NCBI GenBank assembly: GCA_963749495.1
Contig: CAVVMW010000030.1
Span: 64,001-128,000, forward strand
DNA: 64,000 nt
Direction of reading: 5' to 3'
Origin: an uncultured bacterium
GTDB taxonomy: Bacteria; Verrucomicrobiota; Verrucomicrobiia; Limisphaerales; UBA8199
Each line of letters starts with the position of its first letter. Position 1 is the first letter of the stretch. The notes under the pieces are model-generated. The model did no database searches and had not been told where the DNA came from. It was given only the letters and a program-made list of their open reading frames with translations. Position numbers and translations under genes: made by a program. Below, piece by piece: positions 9,630 through 19,124 of the stretch.

Positions 9630-10631
9630 ATGAGCGAACTCAGTTTCAGAGACCGGGTACTGGGCGGTTTGTGGGGCGCGGTGGTCGGCGACGCGCTCGG
9701 CGTGCCGGTCGAATTTCAGAGCCGCGCCGAGATGCGGCAGAATCCGGTGACCGACCTGCGTGGGCACGGAACCTACGACCAGCCCAAGGGCACATGGTCG
9801 GACGACTCGTCGCTGATGCTCTGCACCCTGGACAGCCTCCTGCGGTGCGGGTTCGACCTGGGGGACATGGGCCGCCGTTTCGTGGAGTGGTCCCAAGGCA
9901 AGCTGTGGACGCCCTGGGGGCGCGTGTTCGACATCGGCGGCGTCACTAGCCGGGCGCTGGCACGGATTGAGCAGGGCACACCACCCGAGCAGGCCGGTTT
10001 CACCGACGAGCATAGCAACGGCAATGGCTCGCTGATGCGAATCCTGCCTATTGCCCTGTGGTTCAGGCGTGAGCCAGCGGCACGCTTGCTGGAGTTCGCG
10101 TGCCGCGCTTCCGCCATCACCCACGGGCACCCCCGCTCCCGGATGGCCTGCGGTTTTTACTGCCTCGTCGCGGCAGGGTTGCTGCGGGGGCAGAGCGCCG
10201 AGGTCGCGCACAAGTCGGCGGTCGAGACCATCAGCCCGCTTTTCAAGACGCAGCCCTGGGCCGTGGAAAGGCGGCATTTCGCTGGCGCGTTGTCGCCCAA
10301 CTTGGCGACACTGACGGAGCGAGACATCGCCTCCGGCGGTCATGTGGTCGAAACGCTGACGGCGAGCCTGTGGTGCCTGCTCACGTCGAAGGATTACTCG
10401 GAGACCGTGCTCAAGGCCGTCAATCTCGGCGAGGACACGGACACGACGGGCACCGTGGCGGGCGGTCTTGCGGGGATTCGCTACGGGCTTGCCGCTGTGC
10501 CTGCGAAGTGGCGGAGCGCGATGGCACGGACGAAGGACTTGGAAATTCTGTTTGAGCAATTCGCCGTCGCCTGCCAGCCAGGGGGTAGTTTTGTCCGTGT
10601 CAATGGAACCGGGCCACAACAGCATGACTGA
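9630..10631 (+). CDS. ADP-ribosylglycohydrolase (DraG/ARH family)
   Basis: GAVVGDALGVPVEF, GTWSDDSSL, SNGNGSLMRILP, AVNLGEDTDTTGTVAGGLAG. Confidence 0.92.
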   Translation: MSELSFRDRVLGGLWGAVVGDALGVPVEFQSRAEMRQNPVTDLRGHGTYDQPKGTWSDDSSLMLCTLDSLLRCGFDLGDMGRRFVEWSQGKLWTPWGRVFDIGGVTSRALARIEQGTPPEQAGFTDEHSNGNGSLMRILPIALWFRREPAARLLEFACRASAITHGHPRSRMACGFYCLVAAGLLRGQSAEVAHKSAVETISPLFKTQPWAVERRHFAGALSPNLATLTERDIASGGHVVETLTASLWCLLTSKDYSETVLKAVNLGEDTDTTGTVAGGLAGIRYGLAAVPAKWRSAMARTKDLEILFEQFAVACQPGGSFVRVNGTGPQQHD

Positions 10632-11310
10632 CCAGCGCAAAGCTGCTCTGCACCTGGGTTCGTTCATGGCAGTCTTTTTTGCCGTCTGGACCGTTCGAGC
10701 GACTTTTTTCCATGCGATTGACGAGGCAATAGCCTCACCAACTCTCCGGGCCGCTTACTCCAACCTGCTGAAGCTGCTCATCTGGGTTTTGCCAGCGGCG
10801 GTTTTTGTGTATCGGCTGAAGGGATTGGGGCCAGCCAAATACTGGGCCGTGTCCCGCTTTCCGACACAGGCCCAGTGGAGTCTGTGCCTTTGCGCGACTG
10901 CCGCTTTTCTGCTTGCGGTGGCCGCGCTTGAACTGAGCGTCGGCGGCAAGACGATTTCATTCGCCGCCCTCGCCTCGACGCCCCTGATTCTCGGGTTGCT
11001 CTCCTTTGTGGTTTCGCCGCTGCTCGAAGAAATCCTCTTTCGAGGATTCGTGCTGAAAGAACTGTTGAGCCTCTTGCCGCTGGCCTTCGCTAACGCCCTG
11101 ACCTCCCTGCTCTTTGTCGCCGCGCATGTCCCCTATTGGCTATCGCACGGAGGGTTTACCCGCTCCATGGCGGCAGATTGCGCCGGGGTTTTTTTGTTCA
11201 GCCTGCTGGCGGGTTGGTTATTCACGAAAAGTGAGTCTCTCTGGCCGCCCGCCCTCGCGCATATCGCCAACAATATCTTGTCTTCGCTGCTGGCCGCCCG
11301 CAGTGTTTAG
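10624..11310 (+). CDS. CPBP-family (Abi/CAAX) intramembrane metalloprotease
   Basis: PLLEEILFRG, SLLFVAAH, LAHIANN motifs; multiple TMs. Confidence 0.88.
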   Translation: MTDQRKAALHLGSFMAVFFAVWTVRATFFHAIDEAIASPTLRAAYSNLLKLLIWVLPAAVFVYRLKGLGPAKYWAVSRFPTQAQWSLCLCATAAFLLAVAALELSVGGKTISFAALASTPLILGLLSFVVSPLLEEILFRGFVLKELLSLLPLAFANALTSLLFVAAHVPYWLSHGGFTRSMAADCAGVFLFSLLAGWLFTKSESLWPPALAHIANNILSSLLAARSV

Positions 11311-11363
11311 CAAACGGCCCATTCTATCGGTGCGCCGAGGCATAAAGAGAAAGGACGAAACAG

Positions 11364-11756
11364 ATGAAACCAACCATCAAATGCGGGAAGCACGTCGTTG
11401 AGCACGGGAACCTTTGCGGCTCCAGGTTTCACGATGTGAACCTGACCGAAGCCGATTTCGACGATGTAAACCTGAGCGGAGCAAGGTTCCACAATATCAA
11501 TTTCAGCGACATCCAGGTTTCGGCGGTCCAGATGGGCGGCGCGATTTTCAGGCATGTCGGCCCACCCCGGGACAAGGGCGGCAAGCAGGCACGTCAGAAA
11601 CCGGTTACTTTTGAAGAAGCCATGCTCTGCGACAGCACCTTCCGCAAGGTGGACCTGTCGCATGCCAAGCTCATCGACTGCAACATCCAGGGAATGACCA
11701 TCGATGGGGTTTTAGTCACAGATTTGCTGAAACGACATAAGAGAGCAGACGTTTAA
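11364..11756 (+). CDS. pentapeptide-repeat protein
   Basis: NLCGSRFHDVNLTEADFDDVNLSGARFHNINFSD..CNIQGMTIDGVLV. Confidence 0.85.
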   Translation: MKPTIKCGKHVVEHGNLCGSRFHDVNLTEADFDDVNLSGARFHNINFSDIQVSAVQMGGAIFRHVGPPRDKGGKQARQKPVTFEEAMLCDSTFRKVDLSHAKLIDCNIQGMTIDGVLVTDLLKRHKRADV

Positions 11757-11785
11757 CGTCGGTTGCTGCCGTGCCCGCTACGGTC

Positions 11786-11950
11786 TCAGTGCGCTGTACT
11801 CTTGGAATCGCCCATGATGACCAGGTTGGCCGTCGGGTCGCCAGACAGGTGCCGCATCGCCCACCGGAGCAGCGCGGAGTCCTGGCCGAGCCACTTGGCC
11901 TTGCCGTCCTCGCCCCTCAGCAAGCCGCATCTGCTCGAACCTGACCACGA
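11786..11950 (-). pseudogene. possible endonuclease/exonuclease/phosphatase fragment
   Basis: LLRWAMRHLSGDPTANLVIMGD resembles the ivMGDfN motif. Confidence 0.3.
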
Positions 11951-12573
11951 ATGCCTCTGCGAAACAAGCAAAGGAATTGTCGAGAAAAATATTCTCTCGG
12001 TTTGTTAGCCCAGCCAGCGCGGGTTGCCGACCTGAACCGCGAGCTGTCCAGGCACCTGGTTGTCCGCCTGACCAACGCGGTTGCCGCCCAGGATGTCTGC
12101 GTCGTCCACCTGCACCGTCCGATGGTCGAGCACGACGGCTAGGCCAGGCATGTTGGCCAGAACCAGGCTGCCGTGGGCCATACGGCACCTGCCCCGACCC
12201 GCACCAGTGTCCCCAGACGAGGCGCAGGCCAAGGATGGTGCAACGGTCACCCTATGGGCAGTTGATGACCGCCTAACCGCTTTGCCTTCCCCGCAGGATG
12301 TCCGTGAAGGGCACCCAGGAGCCGCGCTGGGCGCTGACGGGCGGGTTGAAGCACAGCGAACCTCGCGGAGGTTGCTGTCGGCTCGGCCTCAGAAGCATGG
12401 CGCTGACCTGCTGTTCTTGAACACTGCGTCCCGGCGTCAGTTGGGAGCAGCCTTTGCTCTATGGTCCGGCATCATGAAGGCGGCCGGAGAGGGGGTTGGT
12501 CCTCTTGATCTTGATTGGAAGCCCTCGAAGGCTGCGTTCGGGCGCATGTGCCTGCTTCGGCACAAGAAAAGGA

Positions 12574-13038
12574 GTGTCCCTTCGGCAAGCCTGCGGATGG
12601 CCCAAAAATCCCAAGATCTTTCCGAGGCGGGGCCGGACGGTCCCGGCCGGCAGCGTGGGCGCCCGGAGATTGGGGACTATAGGGCCAGAGCGGGAGTGGG
12701 CTCAGCCGGTGTCGGTGGGCGTGGAGACCAATAAGTAGTTCCATGGGAGCCAGCGCTCCGGGTGCTCTTGAACCTGGCGGCTGTTTCGCTGCAGGGCCGT
12801 AAGATAGTCGAAGGGGTCGGCTCCGTTGAGGCGGCAGGTGTGGATGAGGCTCATGAAGAGGTCCCCCACTTCAGCGCCATGCTGGGTTTTGAAGAACAAC
12901 GAGTTTTTCCGGTGGAGGATGGCCATTTTGAGCGCCCGCTCGCAAGGTTGTTGTCCAGCGGAGCTCCCGGCTGGCGCAAGAACAAGGTCAATGCCTCCCA
13001 GTGGTTTTGCACATAGCGGATGGCCCGGCCCAAGCCGG
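12574..13038 (-). mobile_element. IS66-family remnant: TnpC C-terminus (frameshifted) and probable right end
   Basis: GLGRAIRYVQNHWEALTLFLRQPGAPLDNNLA / LKMAILHRKNSLFFKT..GAEVGDLFMSLIHTCRLNGADPFDYL..WLPWNY; putative terminus GTGTCCCTTCGGCAAG at 12574. Confidence 0.8.
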
Positions 13039-13107
13039 CAGTTCGCCTCGGTCCAGCAATTCCCATTGAACGTGATCTCCGGGGTTCAGGCCGATGGCCG
13101 CCGCTAG
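13039..13107 (-). pseudogene. 3' half of AbrB/SpoVT-like gene copy 2 (split by IS1380)
   Basis: Reads LAAAIGLNPGDHVQWELLDRGEL and continues the ORF from 15237..15111 across the CTAG duplication. Confidence 0.85.
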
Positions 13108-13225
13108 CCCGCATATTTCATAGTTGATCGCGAAATTTGGCATGAAATCGCCATGGTGGGCCGGATTTACCGGGCCTGGACCACTGGCAGGATGGCGGGT
13201 GGGTTACCGACAGGGTGTCGAACGC

Positions 13226-13447
13226 TCAGCCGACTGCCAAAGCGCGGGGACGAGCGCGCGGCGGCGGGGCGTGCGGGCGCACCAAATATAGTTCGCTTCG
13301 GTTCAAAAGCTCCCACTCGACCTGCTCTCCCGGCTCCAGCCCAATGGCGGCGGCCAGGGGGATCGGAAAATACACATAGAGCTTGGGGGTCTGCCCCTTG
13401 GAACGGATTGCCTGCACTTTGAGTGAATATTTTACTTGCTTTTTCAT
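13226..13447 (-). CDS. AbrB/SpoVT/MazE-like small DNA-binding protein, copy 1 (IS accessory gene)
   Basis: LKVQAIRSKGQTPKLYVYFPIPLAAAIGLEPGEQVEWEL fits the swapped-hairpin pattern V-x-P..A..G..G..V-W; lies inside the IS1380 IRs, divergent from the transposase. Confidence 0.75.
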   Translation of the reverse strand: MKKQVKYSLKVQAIRSKGQTPKLYVYFPIPLAAAIGLEPGEQVEWELLNRSELYLVRPHAPPPRARPRALAVG

Positions 13448-13450
13448 ATC

Positions 13451-13464
13451 TAGCCTATAGACTA
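13451..13464. promoter_or_regulatory. palindromic operator / symmetric -10 region between the AbrB-like gene and the IS1380 transposase
   Basis: TAGCCTATAGACTA; TTGCTT-16-TAGACT precedes ATG 13470; same arrangement as 15242-15255. Confidence 0.6.
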
Positions 13465-13469
13465 ACTAC

Positions 13470-14918
13470 ATGTGCGTTGCCAATCAAGCAATTCTCTTTG
13501 ATGACTTGGGTCCTCGCCGTGTGCAAGCCGATTTCTCCGGCGGCGCCCTCTCCAGTGATGCCGGCGCGCTGCTGCTGCGCCAGGTTGACACTAACCTCGG
13601 GGTGACGGCGGAACTGGCGCAATGTTTTTACGACCTGCGTGACCCCGACTGGGTAGACCATTCGGTGCAGGAACTCCTGCGCCAGCGCATCTTCGGAACG
13701 GCCCTGGGCTACGAAGACATTGAGGATCACCAGCGCCTGCGCTTGGACCCGCTGCTGGCTGCCGCCTGCGGCAAGACCGATCCGCTGGGACAAGACAGGG
13801 TGCTGCCGCAGCACCGGGGCATCGCGCTGGCGGCGCCCTCCACACTCAACCGGCTGGAATTATCCAATAACAAAGACACGCGCTGCCACAAACTGCCGCA
13901 CGCCCCAGCCAAGGTGGAAGCCTGCCTGCTGAAAATGGGGGTGCGCTGTCTGCCCAAACGCGCCAAGGAGATCGTGGTGGATTTGGACGCAATGGGCCAT
14001 CGGTTGCACGGATTTCAGGAGGGGCGGCACTTCAACGCCTACTATGACGACTATTGTTATCTGCCGCTCTATGCCTTTGTCGGGGACTTCCCGCTATGGG
14101 CGCAACTGCGCACCGCCGAGCACGAGGCAGCCCACGGAGCGGTGCCCGCGCTGGAGAAGATAGTGGCCGCGATTCGCAAGCGTTGCCCCAAGGCGCGGAT
14201 TATTGTGCGCGGGGACAGCGGTTTTGGCCGGCAGGAGATTATGGCTTGGTGCGAGAGCCAGCGGGGGATTTACTATTGCCTGGGCTTGGCCAAGAACTCG
14301 GTGTTAATTGAGAAGCTGGGGCCGGCCCTGGCTCAAGCCCGGGCCCGTCACTGTCTGACCGGTGCGGCCAGCGTGCGCCAGTTCGCTGAGTTTCAATACC
14401 GGACGCTCGACAGTTGGAGTCGGGAGCGCCGGGTGATCGGCAAAGCCGAAGTGATGAACGCAGGGGAAAACCCACGGTTTGTGGTGACCAATCTGCCTGC
14501 CGAAGGCTTCAAGAACGATGAGGATGAGGATGAGCAACAGAGCCGCTTCAGTCCGGCCCGGCTTTATGAGGAACTGTACTGCGCCCGGGGCGATATGGAA
14601 AACCTGCTCAAGCAGCAAGTGCTGGATTTACACGCCGACCGGATGAGCACGCATTATATGGCCAGCAATCAGTTTCGATTGTGGGAGGCCATGTTTGCTT
14701 ACCTGTTGATGGAGCGCTTGCGCACGCAGGGCTTGGCGGGAACGGAGTTGGAGCGGGCGACGGCTGGGAGCCTGCGTGTGAAGCTGCTGAAAATCGCGGC
14801 CCAGGTGCGCGTGAGCGTGCGCCGGGTCTATGTGCAGATGTGCAGCGCCTATCCCTTGCAAGCGCTGTTTCGGCGGTGCCACCGGCGGCTGATGGCGTTG
14901 GCGCCGGCCCCGGGCTAA
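13470..14918 (+). CDS. IS1380-family DDE transposase
   Basis: ADFSGGALSSDAGALLL, GYEDIEDHQRLRLDP, LAAPSTLNRLE, VDLDA..LHGFQEGRHFNAYYDDYCYLPL, IIVRGDSGF, YCARGDMENLLK. Confidence 0.95.
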   Translation: MCVANQAILFDDLGPRRVQADFSGGALSSDAGALLLRQVDTNLGVTAELAQCFYDLRDPDWVDHSVQELLRQRIFGTALGYEDIEDHQRLRLDPLLAAACGKTDPLGQDRVLPQHRGIALAAPSTLNRLELSNNKDTRCHKLPHAPAKVEACLLKMGVRCLPKRAKEIVVDLDAMGHRLHGFQEGRHFNAYYDDYCYLPLYAFVGDFPLWAQLRTAEHEAAHGAVPALEKIVAAIRKRCPKARIIVRGDSGFGRQEIMAWCESQRGIYYCLGLAKNSVLIEKLGPALAQARARHCLTGAASVRQFAEFQYRTLDSWSRERRVIGKAEVMNAGENPRFVVTNLPAEGFKNDEDEDEQQSRFSPARLYEELYCARGDMENLLKQQVLDLHADRMSTHYMASNQFRLWEAMFAYLLMERLRTQGLAGTELERATAGSLRVKLLKIAAQVRVSVRRVYVQMCSAYPLQALFRRCHRRLMALAPAPG

Positions 14919-15110
14919 GTGCAGAAAAATGGGGTCGATGTTTCAAGAGTCACGGGAGGGGTGTTTTCAGCGGCAGCCTTTTTGTTTGACTAAAGACTCC
15001 GTTGCGCCCTGATCAGTGCCCAGACGGAAAAAACTGCGCCGCCCAGCCCGATTTGTCTCCAAAAAATCCTCCGAAACGCGAAAAGCCGGGTGGGCTATGA
15101 AATATGCGGG

Positions 15111-15237
15111 CTAGGGCCAGGGGAAAAGTCACGAAGAGCCGGGGCTGCTTGCCTTGCGAACGGATGGCCTGGACCTTCAAAGGATAGGTGGTCTGCATTT
15201 TTTTTCGATATTGTTTCAGATTGTGCTTGCATTTCAT
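15111..15237 (-). pseudogene. 5' half of AbrB/SpoVT-like gene copy 2 (interrupted by IS1380)
   Basis: MKCKHNLKQYRKKMQTTYPLKVQAIRSQGKQPRLFVTFPLAL, homologous to copy 1. Confidence 0.85.
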
Positions 15238-15241
15238 GGGT

Positions 15242-15255
15242 TAGATTATAATCTA
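15242..15255. promoter_or_regulatory. palindromic operator / symmetric -10 region between AbrB-like copy 2 and the IS5-like transposase
   Basis: Perfect palindrome TAGATTATAATCTA inside CATGGG-TTAGATTATAATCTAA-TCCCATG; TTGCAT-16-TAATCT precedes ATG 15261. Confidence 0.65.
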
Positions 15256-15260
15256 ATCCC

Positions 15261-16370
15261 ATGTCCGATGCTCTTATTATTCCTTTTGAACTGCCCCTGC
15301 CGCAAGTCCTGCCCACCATCGAAGGCAATGTTGATTACCGCGATTTCCGCGACCAGTTGCTGCGCATCGATCATCTGCTGCGCGACAGCGGCCTGGAAAC
15401 CCAACTCATGCGAAAAGACCTCCAGGGGTGGCTGGGCCGGCACCCACACGTCAGCGCCAAAGCCCAGCAGACCCGCCAAAAGCACTGCCGGCGCGCCTTG
15501 CGCTGCAATATCGCCCCCACCTTGATCGGGGGAAACTACCGCGGGTTTGCCGCCCGTTCGGCCGACAGCCCCTTGCTCCAATTCTTCTGCGGCCTCAGCG
15601 AAGTGGACCGCGTGCAGGTGCCCAGCAAAAGCACCCTCCAGCGCTATGATCTGTGGTGGCCAGAAGCCCAGGTGCACCAAGTCGTTGAGCAACTGCTCAA
15701 TCAAGGCGCCACAGCCCCGGACCAACTCCATCTGCCCCAGGCCCTGGATCTGGAAAGCGCCTTCCTGGACACCACCTGCCTGGCGGCCAACATCCACTAC
15801 CCGGTCAATTGGGCGTTGCTGCGCGACGGCACCCGCACGCTCATGAAGGCGGTGCAACTCATCCGTGACCAGGGCCTCAAACATCGCATGGAAGAGCCCC
15901 AGACATTTGTCCGGCGCATCAACCACCTGTGCATCCAGATGACTCACTGGGAGTTCTTTCGCGAGAGCGCCCCCGCCGACTCGGCGCTGCTGCGCCGCAG
16001 CGTGGGGCGGATGGAAGCTGCCTACGGACCCAAACTCCGGGCGATGGCGGCCGACCGGGGCTTCGACAACCAAACCAACCGGATCGGCTTAGAAGCGCAG
16101 GAGATTTACAACGCGGTGTGTCCACGCGATCCGCGGCTGCTCCGGCAGCGGGGCCGTGGCTGGAAGTTCAAGCGGCTGCAACGACGCCGGGCGCAAACAG
16201 AGGGGCGGATCGGCATTGTGAAGAACGTGTTTTTGGGCGGGCGGATGCGCAGCAAGGGCTTTGCGCACCTGGAGTTGACGGTGACCTGGACGGTGCTGGT
16301 GCATAACCTGTGGGTGCTGGCGCGGTTGCAGCGCGCGGCGGCAGCACAGGCTCGCCGCCAGGCGGCCTGA
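15261..16370 (+). pseudogene. IS5/ISNCY-like DDE transposase, probably with an internal in-frame deletion
   Basis: VPSKSTLQRY, FLDTTCLAANIHYPVNWALLRD, ADRGFD, RRRAQTEGRIGIVK; CIQMTH joins WEFFRES directly, lacking the usual KIxSL..GK..EFG block; probable right end GGGACAGGCTC-TAG near 16549. Confidence 0.75.
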
Positions 16371-16548
16371 AGGCCGCCAAGAGGATCTCCTGAAGAGAGC
16401 AACGGTGGAACGGGTGTGTACCGAGAGGCCGGTTTTTTAGGAAGATCACGTCCCGGGCTTGCGGAGCCGCGGGCTCACATTATGATTTAAACACTATCGT
16501 TTAGAGTTACTGATGATATTTCTAAAAGCCGCCCTTTGGGGACAGGCT

Positions 16549-16932
16549 CTAGATAGTGCTCAGGCAAACCCGGTAGAGGGGCTTACTCACACAGCCCAGG
16601 ACCTGTTTGACTTCCTCTCGGCTCAAGACTACGGGCAGTTTCTTTTCCGCGGGCGGGCGCAGGAGCTTCAAGCTGGTCCAGTCTCGGTGCAGGGTGCTCT
16701 GGAAGAAGAACTTGATGCCGCACAGGGCGGTGGTGATGGTGGGACGGGCCAGTTTTCGTTGGAGAGTCAGGTGGAGGAAGTACTGGCGCAACTCCTCCTC
16801 GGTGAGCTGGTCGGGCGATTTGGCGTAATGCTTGGCCAGGCCGGCCACGACGGCGACGTACCTGTTCTGAGTCTGGGCAGCCAAACCGTGCAGTTGCATA
16901 TCTTGGAGGAATCGAGTACGCAGAGGCGACAT
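16549..16932 (-). pseudogene. tyrosine recombinase of the type found with IS91-like transposases, N-terminal part only
   Basis: LRTRFLQDMQLHGLAAQTQNRYV..SPDQLTEEELRQYFLHL..KKLPVVLSREEV; cut at STI by the CTAG at the end of the IS5-like element; catalytic domain absent. Confidence 0.8.
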
Positions 16933-17083
16933 GATTGTCCTTTCTGGAGAGGGTGGTTAATCATCTCCGGCAAGAGATGGATCTTCGTTTGAAGATCAGC
17001 CCTTTCCAGAAGGACATCTTGCCATCAGAGGGCCCAGGCAAACAAGCTGATCGCCCCCCCTATCCGCGAAGCGGATTGAGTTC

Positions 17084-17161
17084 AACCACGGAATACACGG
17101 AACACACGGAATCCTGAAGCGGCGCCATTTCCTTTCCGTGTATTCCGTGTATTCGGTGGTT
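17084..17161. repeat. inverted arrays of 9-mers (CACGGAAYA / TTCCGTGTA)
   Basis: AACCACGGAATACACGGAACACACGGAA ... TTCCGTGTATTCCGTGTATTCGGTGGTT. Confidence 0.8.
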
Positions 17162-17173
17162 ATGGGATTGAGC

Positions 17174-17265
17174 TTCAGGCGTCCCTTTCGGGACGCGGGT
17201 TTTTGGGGCGTCGTACCCGGCGCTGAAGCGCCGGGCTATTCTCGGGATGTCCCTCCGGGACAAAG
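17174..17265. repeat. REP-like palindromic element, half copy of the 63580..63766 family
   Basis: CGTCCCTTTCGGGACG..ACCCGGCGCTGAAGCGCCGGGCTATT..TGTCCCTCCGGGACA. Confidence 0.75.
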
Positions 17266-17385
17266 CTTGACGTCGGCCCCGCGTGAACATTCACGTCAAA
17301 CCCGGTCCTGCACCTGAACAGTCAGCATGGCCGCCTCGGTTCATTTCGCGAAAACTCTTGTCCGGTTTGCATCCCCGATGGCTTC

Positions 17386-18714
17386 TTAGTGGTGAAATGA
17401 AGTTGGCTGATTTGCTACCTGGCGCGTCAGCCTGGGATCACCTGCCTGCAACGGCCATGGGCTGTTGGTCGCCAGGCCCACCCCGACGCTCAACGCGTAA
17501 ATCGCGTCATAAGGGCTTCCGAAGCACACATAGAGCGTGCCATTGGTGGTGAGCAGCGGGGGAGCGACGGAGACGTTCAACCCGCTTCCAAAATCCTCGC
17601 TCAAGAGCCTCTTGAACTCCCTCCAGTTGCCGAACCTGCGCTTCGATAACGGGCGGTGCGGCTTGAAGACCCACCGCACCGTTCCATCCGGGTTCAGGGC
17701 CGTCACCTTCGGGTCGGATGACACCACGAAGAGCGTGCCATCCGAGGCAACGGCGGGAGGCGCAAAACTCCAGTGCGGCCCCAACGGGGACTGCCACTTC
17801 TTTTCGCCGTTCTTCGTCACGGCAACAAGAAACCTGTCGCCGGGACCGGCACTGGCCGTGAAGAACAAGGAGCCATCAGGTCCGATGGTCGGGGCCGAGG
17901 AGGCGTGGAAGGGGCTAATAAAGCGCCAGCGCACGGCCCCGTCCGGGTTCAGCGCCGTCAAGGTTGCCCCGGTTTCACCAGGATGATACACATTGCCGTC
18001 CCAGTCCATCGAGAAGGAAAGGTCCGTCCTGTTGTCGTCGGGCCATGAGCTCACGGTCCGGGGAGTCCCGTCAGACCCTGACCTATCAAACCGACAGAGC
18101 TGAGTGTTGGTTCCGGCAGAGGACTCGAAGAGAATCGACCCATCGCTGGAGATTTCCAGCGGCGAAAGATGTGTGTTGGTCGAGTCGAAATGCCATAGTT
18201 CCCGCCCATCCTTGCTCACTGCGAACAGGGTCTTGGGGCTGGAAAAACCCGCGGCAACCTTGAAATAGACCGTATCGCGGCGATCCAGCGCGAACGCGAT
18301 GTCAAACGGGCTGGTCGCGATGCCCTTCATTGGGAACCGCCACTTCACTGACCCGTCCGGACGCAGGGCCAGAAGGCCCGAGTTGGTTCCGCCGATGATG
18401 TCGGTGAACCGCGTCGTGGCCTCGCGCACGTAGATGGTGCCGTCTTGTCCGATCACCGGTGCGGAGTCGATCCAGATGCCGTCGGGTGAAGACCAGAGCC
18501 GTTTCCCGGCCGCATCGAATGCGCGAAGGACGCCAAAGCCCTTCTGGTAGAGGGTTCCGTCCTGGCCCAGGGCCAGGTCACGGCCCATGCTGGACCGAGC
18601 CGGGACCTTCCAAAGGAGGGGAACGGGCGGGCGATTGGCCGATACAATTACAATTGCGAGGGCCACAAGAACCAGGAAGCCCAGCCAACAGCCAATACCC
18701 CAATGTATCTTCAT
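17386..18714 (-). CDS. membrane-anchored PQQ-like beta-propeller protein
   Basis: N-terminal TM; repeats SAPVIGQDGTIYV, ALRPDGSVKWRF, SAPTIGPDGSLFF, ALNPDGTVRWVF; ends LATNSPWP..GDPRLT. Confidence 0.85.
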   Translation of the reverse strand: MKIHWGIGCWLGFLVLVALAIVIVSANRPPVPLLWKVPARSSMGRDLALGQDGTLYQKGFGVLRAFDAAGKRLWSSPDGIWIDSAPVIGQDGTIYVREATTRFTDIIGGTNSGLLALRPDGSVKWRFPMKGIATSPFDIAFALDRRDTVYFKVAAGFSSPKTLFAVSKDGRELWHFDSTNTHLSPLEISSDGSILFESSAGTNTQLCRFDRSGSDGTPRTVSSWPDDNRTDLSFSMDWDGNVYHPGETGATLTALNPDGAVRWRFISPFHASSAPTIGPDGSLFFTASAGPGDRFLVAVTKNGEKKWQSPLGPHWSFAPPAVASDGTLFVVSSDPKVTALNPDGTVRWVFKPHRPLSKRRFGNWREFKRLLSEDFGSGLNVSVAPPLLTTNGTLYVCFGSPYDAIYALSVGVGLATNSPWPLQAGDPRLTRQVANQPTSFHH

Positions 18715-18832
18715 CGATCTCACAGGTTTCCTGCCGGGTAACCTGCGGCAGTTTATCCCCCGTGCCCCGGGGTGCAAGCGTCCGTGGCGAGGGAAAACGC
18801 TCTTTGCCTGTCCAATTTTGGCGGTTGCGGGT

Positions 18833-18920
18833 AATCTTCTGAATGAACTCACCTCTTCTGAAGTCGAGCCGGTCTGGGAGCGGATTGCGCCGCACCTGGA
18901 CCTGGCGCTCGGACAATTGA
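18833..18920 (+). pseudogene. ECF sigma factor fragment (linker / start of region 4)
   Basis: LLNELTSSEVEPVWERIAPHLDLALGQL resembles MNELLGPDPADQLWQEIRPVLDNVMHEL in the ECF at 19625. Confidence 0.5.
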
Positions 18921-19124
18921 AGGCGGCCCTCCACGATCTGGAGCAAGAGCTCAAGCGCCTGCTGACCACCAAAGGCGACCCGGCAACGAAATCCGCTCCG
19001 AAGCAGTAGGCGCTCTGCGATTACGGGTTTGCCACGCTGGCCTGATTGAGCATACTGCGGCCATGCGGAAACAGCTTCGCATCACGTCGGCGGTATCTCA
19101 TCTGGCGCGAACCAACGAGAGTTT

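Larger units (their letters stand above)
13108..15110 (+). mobile_element. complete IS1380-family element (2003 bp) with a passenger AbrB-like gene
   Basis: Perfect 16-bp terminal IRs CCCGCATATTTCATAG (13108-13123) / CTATGAAATATGCGGG (15095-15110), flanked by CTAG at 13104-13107 and 15111-15114. Confidence 0.92.
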
